Shown here piece after piece: positions 23,946 to 36,256 of a stretch of 64,000 nt of DNA; the stretch's first letter is position 1, and every line of letters begins with the position of its first letter. The DNA comes from Octopus sinensis (taxonomy: Eukaryota). Below the pieces are notes generated by a model. The model saw nothing but the letters and a program-made list of their open reading frames with translations, searched no databases and was not told where the DNA came from. Both the position numbers and the translations under genes were made by a program. The stretch spans positions 7,006,001 through 7,070,000 of the forward strand of contig NC_043010.1 of assembly GCF_006345805.1 (NCBI RefSeq), given 5' to 3'.

Positions 23946-24489
23946 TACATGTATAATTAGTAGCTAATTAATCAGCATTTTATTGCTCTTCAGCTGTCAA
24001 ATACCACGTCTAATATTTTTTTATTGAATTAAAACTATAAGAATGTTTCGCCCATTCCAATGCACATCTTATCTTCAGGAATTAACAAATTAAGAAGAAA
24101 AAAAAAGAAAAAAAAAACAACAAAAATACAAATGCTTCAAAAAGAACAAAATACCAAATACAACACTACATTATTATCCAAGACCTATGTGTTTCTTTAC
24201 CAGAATGGTACATATGTGTTTAATTAACTACTTTTAATGACCTTTTCGTGAAATACTATTTGAAGACATTTAGCTTTATCTTTAGAGCTAATTTTAGCTC
24301 CAAACAGCTGCTAATCTTGAGTCCTACACAAAATATTTATAGCAGTGTGTGTGTGTGTGTGTTGTACATACAAATATATACACAGTTGTATGAACATAGA
24401 CATGTATTTATATATGATATATTGGTATATACATATGTATCAATATATATATATATATATATAGGATTGATTGCTAAATCCACAAGTTT

Positions 24490-24650
24490 TTTATTCTCTC
24501 TCTCTTTTTTTCTGCGTGTTCCTTTCTGTTGAAGAGCGTAGGCTCGAAACATAAAAGACTTTCTCACTTCTCTGAGCATCAAACTATTACACCTGCTTGT
24601 TGTTTATACACCTGTCTTCATCTTTTGCTTTTCTGTAAATTTCGACTATA
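24490..24650 (+). mobile_element. Penelope-like hammerhead element family P2, plus copy
   Basis: CTTT-CTGTTGA-A-GAGC-gtag-GCTC-GAAAC-ATA-AAAG at 24522-24557; ends at (TA)n. Confidence 0.7.
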
Positions 24651-24674
24651 TATATATATATATAATATGTATAT

Positions 24675-24870
24675 AGGGACAATTCACAAAAAACAAACAA
24701 ACCAAAAGATGAAGACAGGTGGTGTAGACAACAAACAGATGTATTAGTTTAACGCTCAGCAAGTGAAAAAGTCTTTAACGTTTCAAGCCTATGCTCTTCC
24801 ACTGAAAGGAACACAGAAAGAAACAAAGAGATAAATTAAAGAATGTGTAGTTGCTAGCGATCTATCATGA
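24675..24870 (-). mobile_element. Penelope-like hammerhead element family P2, minus copy
   Basis: CTTT-CAGTGGA-A-GAGC-atag-GCTT-GAAAC-GTT-AAAG at 24773-24808; homologous to 24490-24650. Confidence 0.7.
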
Positions 24871-24915
<45 letters not shown>

Positions 24916-25852
24916 CATACATATATATATATGAATATAACTTTATTAACAATGTGTCTTGAAAGGAATTCAGTTACAAATAGTAAATTATAATAAATTG
25001 GTTTAAAAACATGTGTGCATACGTGTGTGTGTGTGATGTATGTTTGCATCTTACCAACTCACATGTTATTTCCTTTTCTGTCATCCTCCAATTGTATTAT
25101 CATTACTATTCTTCTACTTTCACCTTATTCTTATATTGTCAGTCATCACCTACTCTCCCCTTACTTCCCTCATCTCATACATATCATCACCATTAACCAC
25201 CCCTTTCATCGTTTTCCACCACTCGCAACTTCTATCTCTCAATCTATCCAATCTTTGCAGTTATCACCTACTCTTCCCTACCTTTCCTCTGTGTATTTAC
25301 CATCAACCCCACCTCACCCCTTGTTATTCATTATATTCCACCCTCTCTGTCACTCATTTTCCCTCTCTAACCATCCCACAGTCTTTTCATACACTCTTGC
25401 AACCTCTATCCAATCCCACAGCCTTTTCTTCTATTCCAACCCACCTCCGTTCATCTTCTTGTCTCTCAGAGCTCATCCTATCACTGGTGCACTATAATTT
25501 TATTTCTCTTTTCCTATCCACTCCCAGTTACTCCTGACCACTCTTTTCTAATGTGAGTTGCCACGTATCTTCTCTATAGCTGTACTGGTCCCCTTCTTTC
25601 ACACTTTAATGTCTCAGCTCCTGGCATAAAGTTGCCTTCTCTTTTTTATCCCCACTCAACTGAAGAGGATCTTCAGTTGAAGAAGAGATGTCATTGGAAG
25701 AGCACCCAGTTTACTATGTTAGTTTCACATACAGCAGTAGAAACAGACATTGGAGTCTGATGCACTCCTCCAGCCTGTCAGATACTGTCAAGGTATCCAG
25801 CCCATGCCTGCACATTAAATGATGATGATGATCTCTCTCTATATATATACGA

Positions 25853-26240
25853 GTGGAGGCACAATGGCCCAGTGGTTAGGGCAGCAGACTCGCGGTCATA
25901 GGATCGCGGTTTCGATTCCCAGACTGGGCTTTTGTGAATATTTATTGAGCGAAAACACCTAAAAGCTCCACGAGGCTCCGGCAGGGGATGGTGGTGATCC
26001 CTGCTGTACTCTTTCACCACAACTTTCTCTCACTCTTACTTCCTGTTTCTGTTGTACCTGTATTTCAAAGGGCCGACCTTGTCACTCTCTGTGTCACGCT
26101 GAATATCCCCGAGAACTACGTTAAGGGTACACGTGTCTGTGGAATGCTCAGCCACTTACACATTAATTTCACGAGCAGGCTGTTCTGTTGATTCGGATCA
26201 ACCGGAACCCTCGTCGTCGTAACCAACGGAGTGCTTCCAA
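25853..26240 (+). mobile_element. SINE family C, tail type 1
   Basis: Collinear with 7444-7822. Confidence 0.92.
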
Positions 26241-26448
26241 AATATATATACACACACAAATGCACATATTTCATGTATACATACATATAAAACCATGATT
26301 TTTATGTCTACTTATCCATGCTGACATAAATTGGGCCCATCTTTGAAAGCAAACTCTACTTATTTTCAAGCAAGATACTTTATTCAATGCTTTCACAAGT
26401 AGAACCGCTCATCTCTTTTGCTTATGCAAGACACAAACAATGTCACCT

Positions 26449-26679
26449 CTTTCTTTACTACCCACAAGAGGCTAAACACAGAGGGGACAAACAAAGACAG
26501 ACAAACAGATTAAGTTGATTACATCGACCCCAGTGCATAACTGGTACTTAATTTATTGACCCCCGAAAGGATGAAAGGCAAAGTCAACCTCGGCGGAATT
26601 TGAACTCAGAATGTAACGGCAGACGAAATACGGCTACGCATTTCGCCCGGTGTGCTAACATTTCTGCCAGCTCACCGCC
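26449..26679 (-). mobile_element. SINE family B
   Basis: Reverse-complement match to 950-1179. Confidence 0.9.
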
Positions 26680-26924
26680 ACTGCTAACCAAGTCATGTCA
26701 ATATGAAGAGATACAGAGAGAATCATGCTCACGTACATGTTGGATATTGAGTTGCACTGTTGAGAGAACCCTTTAGTGCTGTACTATCCAGAATACGACC
26801 ATTTTCCTTTTGCTTGTACCATGATTAAATGTACTCTGTATACTGTGCAAAGTGGTTCATGGCAAGAAGGATATCCAGCCATAGAAACCAAGCCAGAAAT
26901 TAAAACAAAGGTGCAAGCTTGGTA

Positions 26925-27300
26925 GTTTGGTTAAGAAGTTCATTTTGAAGTTACCTGGTCCGGTCCCACTGCATGGAGCCTTGGGCAAGTGTCTTCTACT
27001 ATTGCTCTGGGCCAACCAATGCCATGTGAGTGAATTTGGTTGATTAAAACTATATATGGAAGCTTATCATATGTGTATCTATCTGTGTCCCTGTGTCTGT
27101 GTCTGTCTCCTCTACTGCTTGGTAACAAACGTTAGTTTATTTATGTCCTTGTAACTTAGCAGCTAAGCAACAGAGCAACTGATAGAATAAGTACTAGACT
27201 TAAAAATAAGTCCTGGGGTTGATTTGCTTGATTTAATAGGAAGAGGGGTGGTGCCTCGGCTTGGCTTTAGTCCAAAAACTGAAATAAGTAGAAGATAAAA
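26925..27300 (+). mobile_element. Older diverged SINE A
   Basis: TTGGGCAAGTGTCTTCTACTAT and GATAGAATAAGTACT blocks. Confidence 0.65.
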
Positions 27301-27439
27301 GCTAAGATACAAGTCAGATGTGGTTCTCGAGTACATCTCAGTGGACATTAATTCAAAATAAGAGCTGATTTAGGTGATGATAACCCATCATACCTATTCT
27401 TGCATGCAAAGCTGATGTAAACTGACAATAACAATGATA

Positions 27440-27482
27440 AAGAAGAAGAAGAAGAAGAAGAAGAAGAAGAAAAGAAGAAGAA

Positions 27483-27570
<88 letters not shown>

Positions 27571-27588
27571 TTGTTGTTGTTGTTGTTG
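27440..27588. repeat. (GAA)n(GAT)n(GTT)n compound microsatellite
   Basis: Seen directly. Confidence 0.95.
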
Positions 27589-27801
27589 TCTATTATATAA
27601 AATCCATTCTGTCTGTCTGTGTGTGTGTCTTCTAGGATCTCGGGCATTCTCCATCCGTTTGTGCTCAAATTTGATATGTAGATACCGACGGTATCGGGGC
27701 ATGTATAAGTCTTGAAAAAATTACAAAATGCGATTCCAAGTGAAAATGCAATTGATAAAGCCGTTGTGCTCTCCCAGTCAACAGCCTTACCATTACTAGT
27801 A
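27589..27801 (+). mobile_element. Possible second Helentron/HINE-like family
   Basis: TCTATTATATAAAA, (TGTC)n, CAAATTTGATATG ... CTAGTA; no clear 3' hairpin. Confidence 0.45.
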
Positions 27802-28329
27802 CTTTAAACTCTTCGGTTGCATATTTGTGTGGATAAAATCATTTTTCTTTGGAATAAAAAAAAGTCTATCTTCATTTCTTCTTTTGCTGGTGTCTCAAAT
27901 TTAGGTTAAATCAGTGTTTCTCAAAAGGGAGGCCTATGGGATGGTCAGACAAGTTGTTTTGAGAAAATTTGGTTTAAATGTTTGACAACTCATAATGAAT
28001 CTGAAATCATGTTTTTGCAAAGTAAAAATCATAACCACATATTCTGTCTGCACCTTTATGTGTGTGTGTGTGTGTGGAGGTATAAAATTTTAACAAGAAT
28101 AGTGTTGATAGTGACTTCTAAGTTTTGACCAGCTGAGCCATTATCAGTCTGTGGTATATTTGAATTTATCTTGGTTTAATGTAGTCTCTGTTGAGTTAAA
28201 ATTTTCAGGTATAGGTGGAGTGCTGTTGAAGGCTAATTAAATTGTAGGTTAGATTGTGATAAAGAGGTGTTATGGAATATTTTTATGGATTACATTTTGA
28301 GTGGCGTTATATATCAAAATTTATTCATT

Positions 28330-29930
28330 GATGTAGAACTTTGTAGAAAACTACAGCCGAAACTGTTGATACCAAAATTAGAATAGACGAAAGAGTAGAT
28401 ACATTGACATCAAACATCCCCTTTATAACCATGAACGACCACAAACCCAATTTCAATAGCAACCCATCTCTCAGACTTATAAACCCTTCAAAACCAGACA
28501 TGCATTATTAGTAGAAAAATCAAAAACAAGTTCTTGCCAAAAATCGAACAAACTCGACATTATGTCTCCGGTGTAACACATACGGAGTAATATATTTTGA
28601 CATCAATAATTATCCTGCACCAGCAACAAAACCTATTCTTATGAATGCTTTGAACTACACAAAGATGATATCCACAATAAACAACATCGGAACAGAAACA
28701 AGCAAGGAAATCCATCCTCTTCCACAACAATGCTTTCTGGGTGAAGGAAAACATTAAAGAACCATTGTGCATAAGAATGGGGTCAAAGGACTCAGCAGAA
28801 ATAAGCAAACTCATTTGATTTTACAAATTAGCAAACTTATACGACAAATTGCCATTCATCTCAGGTGGTCTTTATAGGGATGATGGCTAATTCCTACTAA
28901 GAAACAAGAAATTTCGAAAAACAAGAAATTTAGAAAAAAACTACATCACTTCTTTGATAATTTAGGCTTCTTCATTACAGTAGAAACATCCAAAATAACT
29001 CAGCTTTCTCTAATTTTACTCTCAACATAGAGTTCAATATCCATAAATCTTACAAGGATGATTATGAAAAATCCAGTCTATATAAAGATAATGTAATCAT
29101 CTCAAATGCATAATTAAAACCTAGGAATATATCTTACTTTTTTTATCAGCCAATGAAAAATTGCTCAATGACATAGCCTCTCCATATAACAAAACTCTCA
29201 ATAATAACAGTAACAAGGAAAAAGCACAATATATGATAAATATCACACCCATAATAAATAAATAAAAACGTAAAAATAGAAAAATGAAAATTATCTGGTC
29301 CAGTTCCCCTTTCAATAAACAAGTCTGTATATTAGTAGGTAAATCATTTTTCAGAATACTTCTAAATCAGTTCTACCCCAACCACAAATATCACAAACTA
29401 ATAAACAGACGCAACATGAAATTATCATATTCCACAATTAACAACTTTGCAAAGACTATAGCTAATTACAACCATCAAAAACTGTTTAAAGGATAAATCA
29501 AAAACCACACACATAACAGCAATAATCACAACTTCAGGACCTCTTTATTCTTCCCTCAAAAAGGCATGTGTCCCACAAGTAATACTATCTATAGCACAAC
29601 TGTAACCATTAGCACTACCTTAACTACTGCATCCATATATATATATAGGGTCTACAGTAAAGCAGTTCAAAATGTGATACAAACCTCACACACAAATATT
29701 TTGCAACTGAAACTAAAAGATATTACCTCACTATCCAAACATATATGGACATTGAAAGAAAATATTCTGTTCCGTATTAAGTGGAAAGTATTGTTACATG
29801 CACAACCATACCAAAGTAACAACAATCTCTGCCAACTTTGTGCTAAAAAAAATTCAACAAAATTCTGATATTCAGGAATAAAATTTTGAACTATAACTCT
29901 GAATTAATCTCTTCTTGCAAATTCAAAATC
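28330..29930 (+). mobile_element. Penelope-like retroelement fossil (RT plus C-terminal GIY-YIG, Neptune-like)
   Basis: DHKPNF..RLINP (28473), MGSKDSAE (28777), GLYRDDG (28867), KIIWSSSPFNK...KLSYS, TSLSKHIWTLKE...CQLC; many stops and frameshifts. Confidence 0.85.
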
Positions 29931-30799
29931 TTCAAAACACTAAACATTTCAACCTATATTTTTTTTCTTAAAAGTTAAACATGAAAATATCTCCCCACCT
30001 TTTTCCCCACTACCTTAGCCACAAACTTTCTCCATAATATACATAAACACTAACATTACAGCTCGACATTAAACAGGTACAGTAGAAATGACCAAAAGTT
30101 TTCTCAACTTTTGACCTAAATTCCCACATAAAATTTTCAAAATATAAATGCATGCACTTATATTCACATATAATGTCTGTGAGGGTGTGTATATCTTGTG
30201 TCTTCTTTTCTTGACATTGCATAATAGATTTAAATGAGTGTCACTGTAATTCAAGCAGTGTTGTTTCTTTTCAATATTTTGTAAAAACATGCCTGGCCCT
30301 TGGGAAATATTACCTAGCTTGGAAATACATGAGGTTTGGTGGCAGGAAAGGTATCCAGTTGCACAAAATCTACCTCAGTTAACTCCATCTGACACATGCA
30401 AACATAGAAAAGCAGATGATAAAATAATGATGTTGAGATGTATCTTTTTTTTCTTATATAAGCAGAGAACCTGATCTGAAATTTAGGGGAAATGAGGTTA
30501 GTCAATTATATCAACTCCATTACTTCATCTGTAGTTTAGAAGGATATAAAAAAAAGTTGACATTGAAAAGATTTGAACTCAGAATGTAGAACACCTGACA
30601 AATGCCACAAGACATTTAATCCAACTTTATAATGTTTCTATCATTCTATTGTCCTTTCTTACATATTGTATTTCTTGAAAAATAACCTTATTGGCTTCAA
30701 GATTCCAGTGGACCAATCAGTGGTTCATTGCATTCCTTATGGTGAAAGCTTCAATGAATTGCTGGTGCAATTCAGGTGGAACAAATACTGATATCTTTT

Positions 30800-31130
30800 A
30801 CCTTTTACTTGTTTCAGTCATTTGACTGTGGCCATGCTGGAGCACCACCTTGAAGAATTTTTAGCTGAAAGAATCAACCCCTAGTAGTTATTGGTACATA
30901 TTCTATCAGTCTATTTTGCTGAACCACTAAGTTACCAACACAGGTTATCAAGCAGTTGTGGGGAATAAACACAGACACAAAGACACTCAATCACACACAC
31001 ATGTGTGCATATAGATGACAGGCTTGTTTAAGCTTCCTTCTACAAATTCAATCATAAGGCTTTGACCAACCTGAAGCTAAAGGAGAAAGTACTTGCCTGA
31101 AGTCCTATGCAGTGGGACTTGAACCCAAAA
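30800..31130 (-). mobile_element. Older diverged SINE A
   Basis: CTTGTTTCAGTCATTTGACTGTGGCCATGCTGGAGCACC tail plus a degenerate head. Confidence 0.65.
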
Positions 31131-31806
31131 CTTAATCATAGTAAAAGTTCCTGCTTCCATGAAACTTTTGCAAACACTCACAAATTTAACTGAACTCTAT
31201 TGAACTCTGCTCATGTAATTCCATCACATTACTGTAGTTCTTCTATCTTGGAGAAAAAAATGATTTAAGACTAACAAAGACAACACTACAATATTATCTT
31301 ATAAGTGTATATTTACCTGAATGATACCAAATTCTTCTGTACACATATTTTATCTCCCTTGTATTAATGGTCCTAACCATAGGACACTGCGTATATTGTT
31401 AATGACCTTTTCAAGAAATATTATTTGAAGGTATTCACTTGAATATTTTGAGTCCAATAAGTTTCCATGAATTATACTTGGAACTGTCATCAGTTACTAC
31501 TCAACACCAATAGGTATTTACATAGACACAGGTGCACAGACGCACATGAGCACAGACATGAGCATATGCACACACACATACACACACACACACACACAGA
31601 GTCATACGACTTAAGTAAGTGTTTCAATATGCATATAGGCAAACGCATGTCGATGGTTAAGAAGTTTGTTTTCCAACCGTATGGTCTCAAGTTCAGTCCC
31701 ACTTGCATGGCACTCAGGGTAAGTGACTTCTACTATAACCCCTGCCTGACCAAAAACTTGTGAGTGTATTTGGTAGAGGAAGCTGAAAGAAGCCTAATAT
31801 ATATAT

Positions 31807-32023
31807 ACTCTTTTACTCTTTTATTCTTTTACTTGTTTGTGGCCATGCTGGAGCACCAACTTTTAGTCGAGCAAATCGACCCCCAGAACTTATTCTTATG
31901 TAAGCCCAGTACTTATTCTATCGGTTTCTTTTGCCGAACCGCTAAGTTACGGAGACGTAAACACACTAGCATCAGTTGTCAAGCGATGTTGGGGGGGACA
32001 AAGACACACAAGCATATACACAT

Positions 32024-32064
<41 letters not shown>

Positions 32065-32229
32065 TATGACGGGTTTCTTTCAGTTTCCGTCTACCAAATC
32101 CACTCACAAGGCTTTGGTTGGCCCGAGGCTATAGTAGAAGACACTTACCCAAGGTGCCACGCAGTGGAGCTGAACCCAGAACCATGTGGTTCGTAAGCAA
32201 GCTACTTACCACACAGCCACTCCTACGCC
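31807..32229 (-). mobile_element. SINE family A
   Basis: Reverse-complement match to family A. Confidence 0.9.
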
Positions 32230-32305
32230 TATATATATATATATTTTACAAACATGTACTTGCATAGCAAGTGACTTGATTTGAGATCGTGTGCTGAAAC
32301 AAAAG

Positions 32306-32595
32306 CAATTGCAGCATGGAATGTGTTTATAAGTAATTTAAAAAAAAGATCATTAGCATTTCAACATTTACATTTAATTTGTGTCAAAATATTTTCATTG
32401 CTTTGAAACCATTACCTGTTTGTTCACTGGCAAAATTTCCTGCTGCATCTGAGAAATTTTGTCAGTGAACAGGTTGTGGTTTCAAAAGCACCAAAAATAT
32501 TTTGACACAAATTAAATTTAAATGTTGAAGTGAATCTAATGGTTTTTGTGTTTTTTTTTTTAAACGGCTTATAAACACCTACCATGCTGTAATTG
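32306..32595. mobile_element. Foldback (long palindromic) MITE-like element
   Basis: Arms such as TTTGTGTCAAAATATTTT and AAAATATTTTGACACAAA mirror around ~32447. Confidence 0.75.
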
Positions 32596-32612
32596 TTTAT
32601 ATATACTGCTGA

Positions 32613-32950
32613 GCTGAAACCCCCTTCAGTCATGACTGACCATGGGATTGCACCTAGAAAGTTACCCTCCGAGGCAAAAGTCTGAGCAAGGTTGTTTGTG
32701 GAAGGCCAGCAGTCGCCCATGCATACCGGCCTCCCCTCCCCACGCCACCGATGTTAACCAAGGGAAAGGCAAAGGGGCCAATACAACTTGGCACCTGTGA
32801 TGTTGCAACTCATTTCCACAGCTGAGTGAACTGGAGCAACGTGAAATAAAGTGTCTTGCTCAAGAACACAACACATAGCCCAGTCTGGGATTCAAACTCA
32901 CAACCTCACAATCATAAGCTCTACGCTCTAATCACTGAGCCATGCATCTT
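32613..32950 (-). mobile_element. tRNA-headed CORE-like SINE with a distinct tail
   Basis: Minus strand: head, GAGCAAGACACTTTATTTCACGTTGCTCCAGTTCACTCAGCTG (CORE-like), tail CCATGGTCAGTCATGACTGAAGGGG. Confidence 0.75.
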
Positions 32951-33349
32951 CTGTTTGTGATTAGAGATGGACATATCATCAGCCATTAAGAGACATGCTG
33001 AACTGGTTAAAGTCAAACAACTGACACGCAAATCTGTGGTATTTAGCAGAATATTTGCTGTAACCCGTTTTCATACCAAGACAAAACAATGTACATGAAA
33101 ACACTTTCAGTCAGTTAAGATCAGAAGCCATGAGAGCCACTGTCTGGTACTGCATCAGAGGATTTATTATTGTTGTTATTGTTGTTGTTGTTGTTATTAG
33201 TTTTCCTTCATTCAATTTTGTTGCCATTTCTTGCCAAGTGTCCTCCCAACACCTAGGGCAAAGAAACTCGCTGTACCCATTGATAGGCCATTAAATCAAA
33301 CACACCAGATCATTCATTTTCAAAATGAAATGAAGCTATGTAAAAAAAA

Positions 33350-33609
33350 ATCATCATCATCATCTTCTTCTTCTTCTTCTTCTTCTTCTTCTTCTTCTTC
33401 TTCTTCTTCTTTTTCTTCTCCTTTTTCTTCTTCTTCTCCTTCTTCTTCTTCTTCTTCTTCTTCTTCTTCTCCTTCTTCTTCATCATCATCATCATCATCA
33501 TCTTCTTCTTTTTCTTCTTCGTCTTCTCTTCTTCGTCATCATCTTCTTTTTCTTTTTCTTCATCTTCTTCTTCTTCTCTTCTTCTTCTTCTTCTTCTTCT
33601 TCTTCTTCT
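33350..33609. repeat. (TTC)n/(TCA)n microsatellite
   Basis: Seen directly. Confidence 0.95.
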
Positions 33610-33990
33610 CTACCCAAGGTTGATCGTATTACCTGGTAGAATTTATGTGTGTGGTGGATTACTGCCAATAGTTTTGGATATCCACATGATTTCAGAAAAA
33701 CCACCAAGTGTTCAAAATCCTTCTGATGATCTTCCCTGTTCATAAGAGGACAAACCTCTAGAACCTCTCCAGGACTCTCCATTTCCAATCTCCTTCATCC
33801 CTTTGTCTATTTCATCACTCACAGTTCCTAATGCACCAATTATTATCACAGGTAACAATCTTCACAGATTTCACGTTTCTAATCTTTCCAATCTTTTTCA
33901 TTTGACAGTCGGTTCAGTCGATTGGCTGTCAGTCATATTACCAACTGCTGCAAATTGAGCTACTTGACTGCGTGGACATGCTCAAGCTTG
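33610..33990 (-). mobile_element. R4-like LINE 3' fragment, decayed
   Basis: Minus strand reads (V)KIV/PVIIGALGTVSDEIDKGMKEIG, the endonuclease C-terminal motif; 3' end abuts (GAA)n. Confidence 0.7.
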
Positions 33991-33999
33991 TAAGCGCAA

Positions 34000-34231
34000 C
34001 TCTTTTTACTTCTCTCTCTTTTACTTGTTTCAGTCATTTGACTGTGGCCATACTGGAGCACCGCCTTTAGTCGAGCAAATCGACCCCGGGACTTATTCTT
34101 TGTAAGCCCAGTACTTATTCTATCGGTCTCTTTTGGCCGAACCGATAAGTGACGGGGACGTACACACACCAGCATTGGTTGTTAGGCAATACTAGGGGGA
34201 CAAACACAGACACACAAACACACACACACGC

Positions 34232-34265
<34 letters not shown>

Positions 34266-34382
34266 ATATATTGGCCTGCTCGCTTAGCCAGCGGGGTGGC
34301 ATCATTCGAAGGCTAAAACAATGAGAACGCATTGTGACCAGCGATGTGTAACAACATCTGATGGTCTGGTCGGTCACGTGAT

Positions 34383-34427
<45 letters not shown>

Positions 34428-34592
34428 TACGACGGGCTTCTTTCAGTTTCTGTCTACCAAATCCACTCACAAGGCATTGGGCAGCCCGGGGCTATAGCAG
34501 AAGACACTTGCCCAAGATGCCACGCAGTGGGACTGAACCCAGAACCATGTGGTTGGTTAGCAAGCTACTTACCACACAGCCACTCCTGCACC
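34000..34592 (-). mobile_element. SINE family A with a nested 119-bp insertion in its (TA)n
   Basis: Both halves of family A flank 34271-34389. Confidence 0.9.
34271..34389 (+). mobile_element. Isolated SINE C tail type 2
   Basis: Homologous to the tail at 62546-62630; (TA)n on both sides. Confidence 0.8.
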
Positions 34593-35541
34593 TATAATTT
34601 GAGAGAAAAGTACAGCCAATTCCAACAACCTAGAATTAACTGGTATGTTGTTTTTATATCAGTCTTCAGCAGTTACCACGGGACATGAAGTGACATTGTT
34701 AAATCGTAAAATGCATTTTGTCCCATGTGTGTCAGGTTACTGTACTAAATTCAAATACCTTTTTGTTACCATTTGTCTTTGACTTGTTCCAGTCACTGGA
34801 CTGTTGTCTTGCAGAGAAACAACCTTGTGGGGTTTTAGTTAAACAAATTGACCCCAGTTTTCTTTTTTTTTTTTTTTTAGTGAGGTACTTATTCTATTGC
34901 CCTCTTTTGCTAAACTGCAAACTTACATGGATATAAACAAACCAACACTGATTGTTTTGAAGAAATAAATGCAGAACTACTTCAAGTTAATATGTGGAGT
35001 AATAACTGCCATACACAATAATAATTCTTTTTTTGTTTAGTTTTTATCATTTTAGTTGGGGGAAAGGCAGTGCCCATTACCCTTCATAGGGCCTTTAAGA
35101 CTGGTAGTGGGGAAGGAGAGAGAGAGAGAGGAAGGTATCCTCCAACCAGAAACCCAACACAAATACTTGTATCAGAGTAGACTGAAGGCATTGAAGATGC
35201 CAAATGATTGTATTAGACTAGGCAACAGACTAAGTCTAACACCCAAGATTAAGAAAACAAAATATCTTGCCAAGAAATTGTCCCCAAATTAGGGGAAAAC
35301 TTTCAAGAAATTATCTCTCAATAATCTCAACTTATTTACATGATCAGGAGAAAGAAAGTCTGATGTTTGTAAACAAAGGGGGAATTATGGACATGTTTTG
35401 GGTTATTAGACCTCAGCATAGTATAATCTGAAAGTTTGCCCAAGCCTGCTGGGTCAGTTGAGAAGGATTTTTACATAGAGAAAAACTGTGACGAAGTTTT
35501 CTGAATGTTAAAATGCCTGTCAACTGAATCAGTAGACTTAA

Positions 35542-35763
35542 CCCTTTCATTACTGTATTTATTTTGAGATGCTCTGTGTTTCTTTCAATTACTTTAAATA
35601 TAACAAAGAATTTAGTAAAATAACTTAGTTATCATTCAACTAGTGTTAGGAACATAAATTGTGACTAAGGTTTGGTGGAAGGTTTTAATTCAAAACTTAT
35701 GAAAACAAGACATTTGTACTAAAGAGCTAGAGCTGGTTTCAGCCGGGTTGGTAACGAAAGAGA
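35542..35763. mobile_element. piggyBac-like MITE, one end decayed
   Basis: TTAA-CCCTTTCATTAC ... GTAACGAAAGAG. Confidence 0.55.
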
Positions 35764-36256
35764 TAGTGAGCGGAAACATGTTTATAGTTGTCCCTTAATT
35801 ACAAATGGATATCAAACTTTCCTTTTACTAATCATCTAAATTATTTTTGTGAGATTAATTACTCTTTTACTCTTTTATCTGTTTCATATTATGGCCATGC
35901 TGGGGCACTCTGTGAAGGCATTTCAGTCATTCATATCAATCCCAGTACTTATTTGGTATGTAACAACTTGTGTCTTCACACCTTTAAATTATGGGACATA
36001 AACATAGATATCATTTTCTTGCCTTTTATCAAATGGTGATACAAAAACTAATAATTATGCACACACACACACACACACATACAAATGAAGAATTAACATT
36101 TAGTTTCTCTCTACCAATTTTATTCACTAAGTACAAATCAGCTTGAAGCTTTGGAAAAAGACACGTCCTCAAATTGCCAAGCAGAGGGATTGAACCTGAG
36201 ACCACATGTTTATGAAGTGAATTTGTCAACCACACAGTCATGTTTGCACATACATT

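Noticed and set aside
25657-25679. Perfect hairpin CAACTGAAGA-GGA-TCTTCAGTTG containing CTGAAGA
   Set aside because: No GAAA or NUH in hammerhead spacing; possibly a decayed remnant but not supportable.
33720-33740. Other CTGATGA/CTGACGA hits (33725, 44686, 47355, 13465, 20545)
   Set aside because: No helix II or GAAA follows; two lie inside transposase coding relics.
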